Assembly (NCBI GenBank): GCA_000146465.1
Contig: CP001942.1
Reading direction: 5' to 3' (one strand)
Length of the DNA: 64,000 nucleotides
Numbering within the stretch: the stretch's first letter is position 1; each line of letters begins with the position of its first letter. A program made the translations under genes and the position numbers. Positions 60,522 through 64,000 of this stretch are shown here, in pieces. A model generated the notes under the pieces. The model saw only the letters and a program-made list of their open reading frames with translations. It had not been told where the DNA came from and did no database searches.

Positions 60522-61813
60522 CATCAGGTTGATTCTGCCTGACGTGGATGCTATTCTCTGGGACTAAGCCATGCATGTTGATGAACCTTGTGGGGGATTG
60601 ACGGACGGCTCAGTGATAGTACGATGATTTGGTTGGCGGGAGAGCTGTAACTGCGGGAAACTGCAGGTAGGGGGCTAGGAGTGTTTTTGACACGAGCCAA
60701 GTAAGTTGTAGGCCTATCAGCTGGTAGTTAGGGTAATGGCCTAACTAGGCGGAGACGGGAGACGGGGGATCGGGGTTTGATTCCGGAGAGGGAGCCTGAG
60801 AGATGGCTACTACGTCCAAGGATGGCAGCAGGCGCGAAACTTGCCTAATCCTTTGGGGAGGCGGTTATGAGAAGTGAGTTTTTTTCGAGTGTAAAGGAGT
60901 CGAGATTGATTGGAGGGCAAGTCGGGTGCCAGCAGCCGCGGTAATACCTGCTCCAATAGTGTCTATGGTGAATGCTGCAGTTAAAAAGTCCGTAGTCTTT
61001 TGTATGTCTTTGTTTGGGGGATTATGTCCTGATGTGGATGTAAGAGGTTTGGCAGAGGACGAGGGGCACCGGATAGTTGGGCGAGGGGTGAAATACGAAG
61101 ACCCTGACTGGACGGACAGAAGCGAAGGCTGTGCTCTTGGACTTATGTGACGATGAAGGACGAAGGCTAGAGGATCGAAATCGATTAGATACCGTTTTAG
61201 TTCTAGCAGTAAACGATGCCGACTGGACGGGACTATATAGTGTTGTGCATGAGAAATCTTGAGTATGTGGGTTCTGGGGATAGTATGCTCGCAAGAGTGA
61301 AACTTGAAGAGATTGACGGAAGGACACCACAAGGAGTGGAGTGTGCGGCTTAATTTGACTCAACGCGGGGCAACTTACCGGTTCTGAAGCGGGCAGGAGA
61401 ACGAGGACGGGATGCGCGCGGCGGTGGTGCATGGCCGTTTGAAATGGATGGCGTGAGCTTTGGATTAAGTTGCGTAAGATGTGAGACCCTTTGACAGTGC
61501 TCTTTGGGGCAAGGGAGGAATGGAACAGAACAGGTCCGTTATGCCCTGAGATGAAGCGGGCGGCACGCGCACTACGATAGATGGCGAGGGAGCCTGCTGT
61601 GAGGGATGAAGCTGTGTAATGGGCTTCTGAACGTGGAATTCCTAGTAATAACGATTGAACAAGTTGTTTTGAATGGGTCCCTGTCCTTTGTACACACCGC
61701 CCGTCGCTATCTAAGATGACGCAGTGGACGAAGATTGGAAGGTCTGAGTCCTTCGTGTTAGATAAGATATAAGTCGTAACATGGCTGCTGTTGGAGAACC
61801 AGCAGCAGGATCA
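60522..61813 (+). rRNA. SSU rRNA: Small-subunit (16S-like) rRNA, microsporidian short form (about 1.3 kb)
   Basis: 5' end catcaggttgattctgcctgacg matches the universal CACCAGGTTGATTCTGCC start. Internal gtgccagcagccgcggtaatac (530 loop) and tgtacacaccgcccgtcgctat (1400 region). 3' end ...aagtcgtaacatggctgctgttggagaaccagcagcaggatca. Confidence 0.85.
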
Positions 61814-61850
61814 GTATTTGAGAGATTGGGGGGAATTTTTTTGATTTGAG

Positions 61851-64000
<2,150 letters not shown>

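Overview
This window reads as a microsporidian (Encephalitozoon-like) chromosome end, not a prokaryotic locus. It has no CRISPR arrays, IS elements or operon signatures. About 45 intron-less protein genes sit back to back on both strands with intergenic spacers often under 100 bp and a few short overlaps. A sharply GC-enriched subtelomeric block follows from about 51.85 kb to 60.5 kb. It holds a NAP-like gene, an ABCB half-transporter, the tandem one-carbon cluster SHMT, TS and DHFR, and an M1 aminopeptidase. An rDNA unit closes the window: SSU about 60522..61813, a short ITS without GTTT repeats, and an LSU with its 5.8S-like region fused at the 5' end that runs off the window. Core genes include XPB/SSL2, RBX1, RtcB, a subtilisin, an SMC2-like protein, CDC48, a Vps1-like dynamin, guanylate kinase, alpha-COP, TAF9, frataxin, a septin, chitin synthase and two paralogous MscS-like channels. 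The most notable candidates are a SAS-6-like protein, a SUZ12-like zinc-finger/VEFS protein, a DMPK/ROCK-architecture kinase, an E-Syt/tricalbin-like SMP+C2 protein and two secreted spore-wall-like proteins. All identifications rest on motif recognition by eye. No searches were run.
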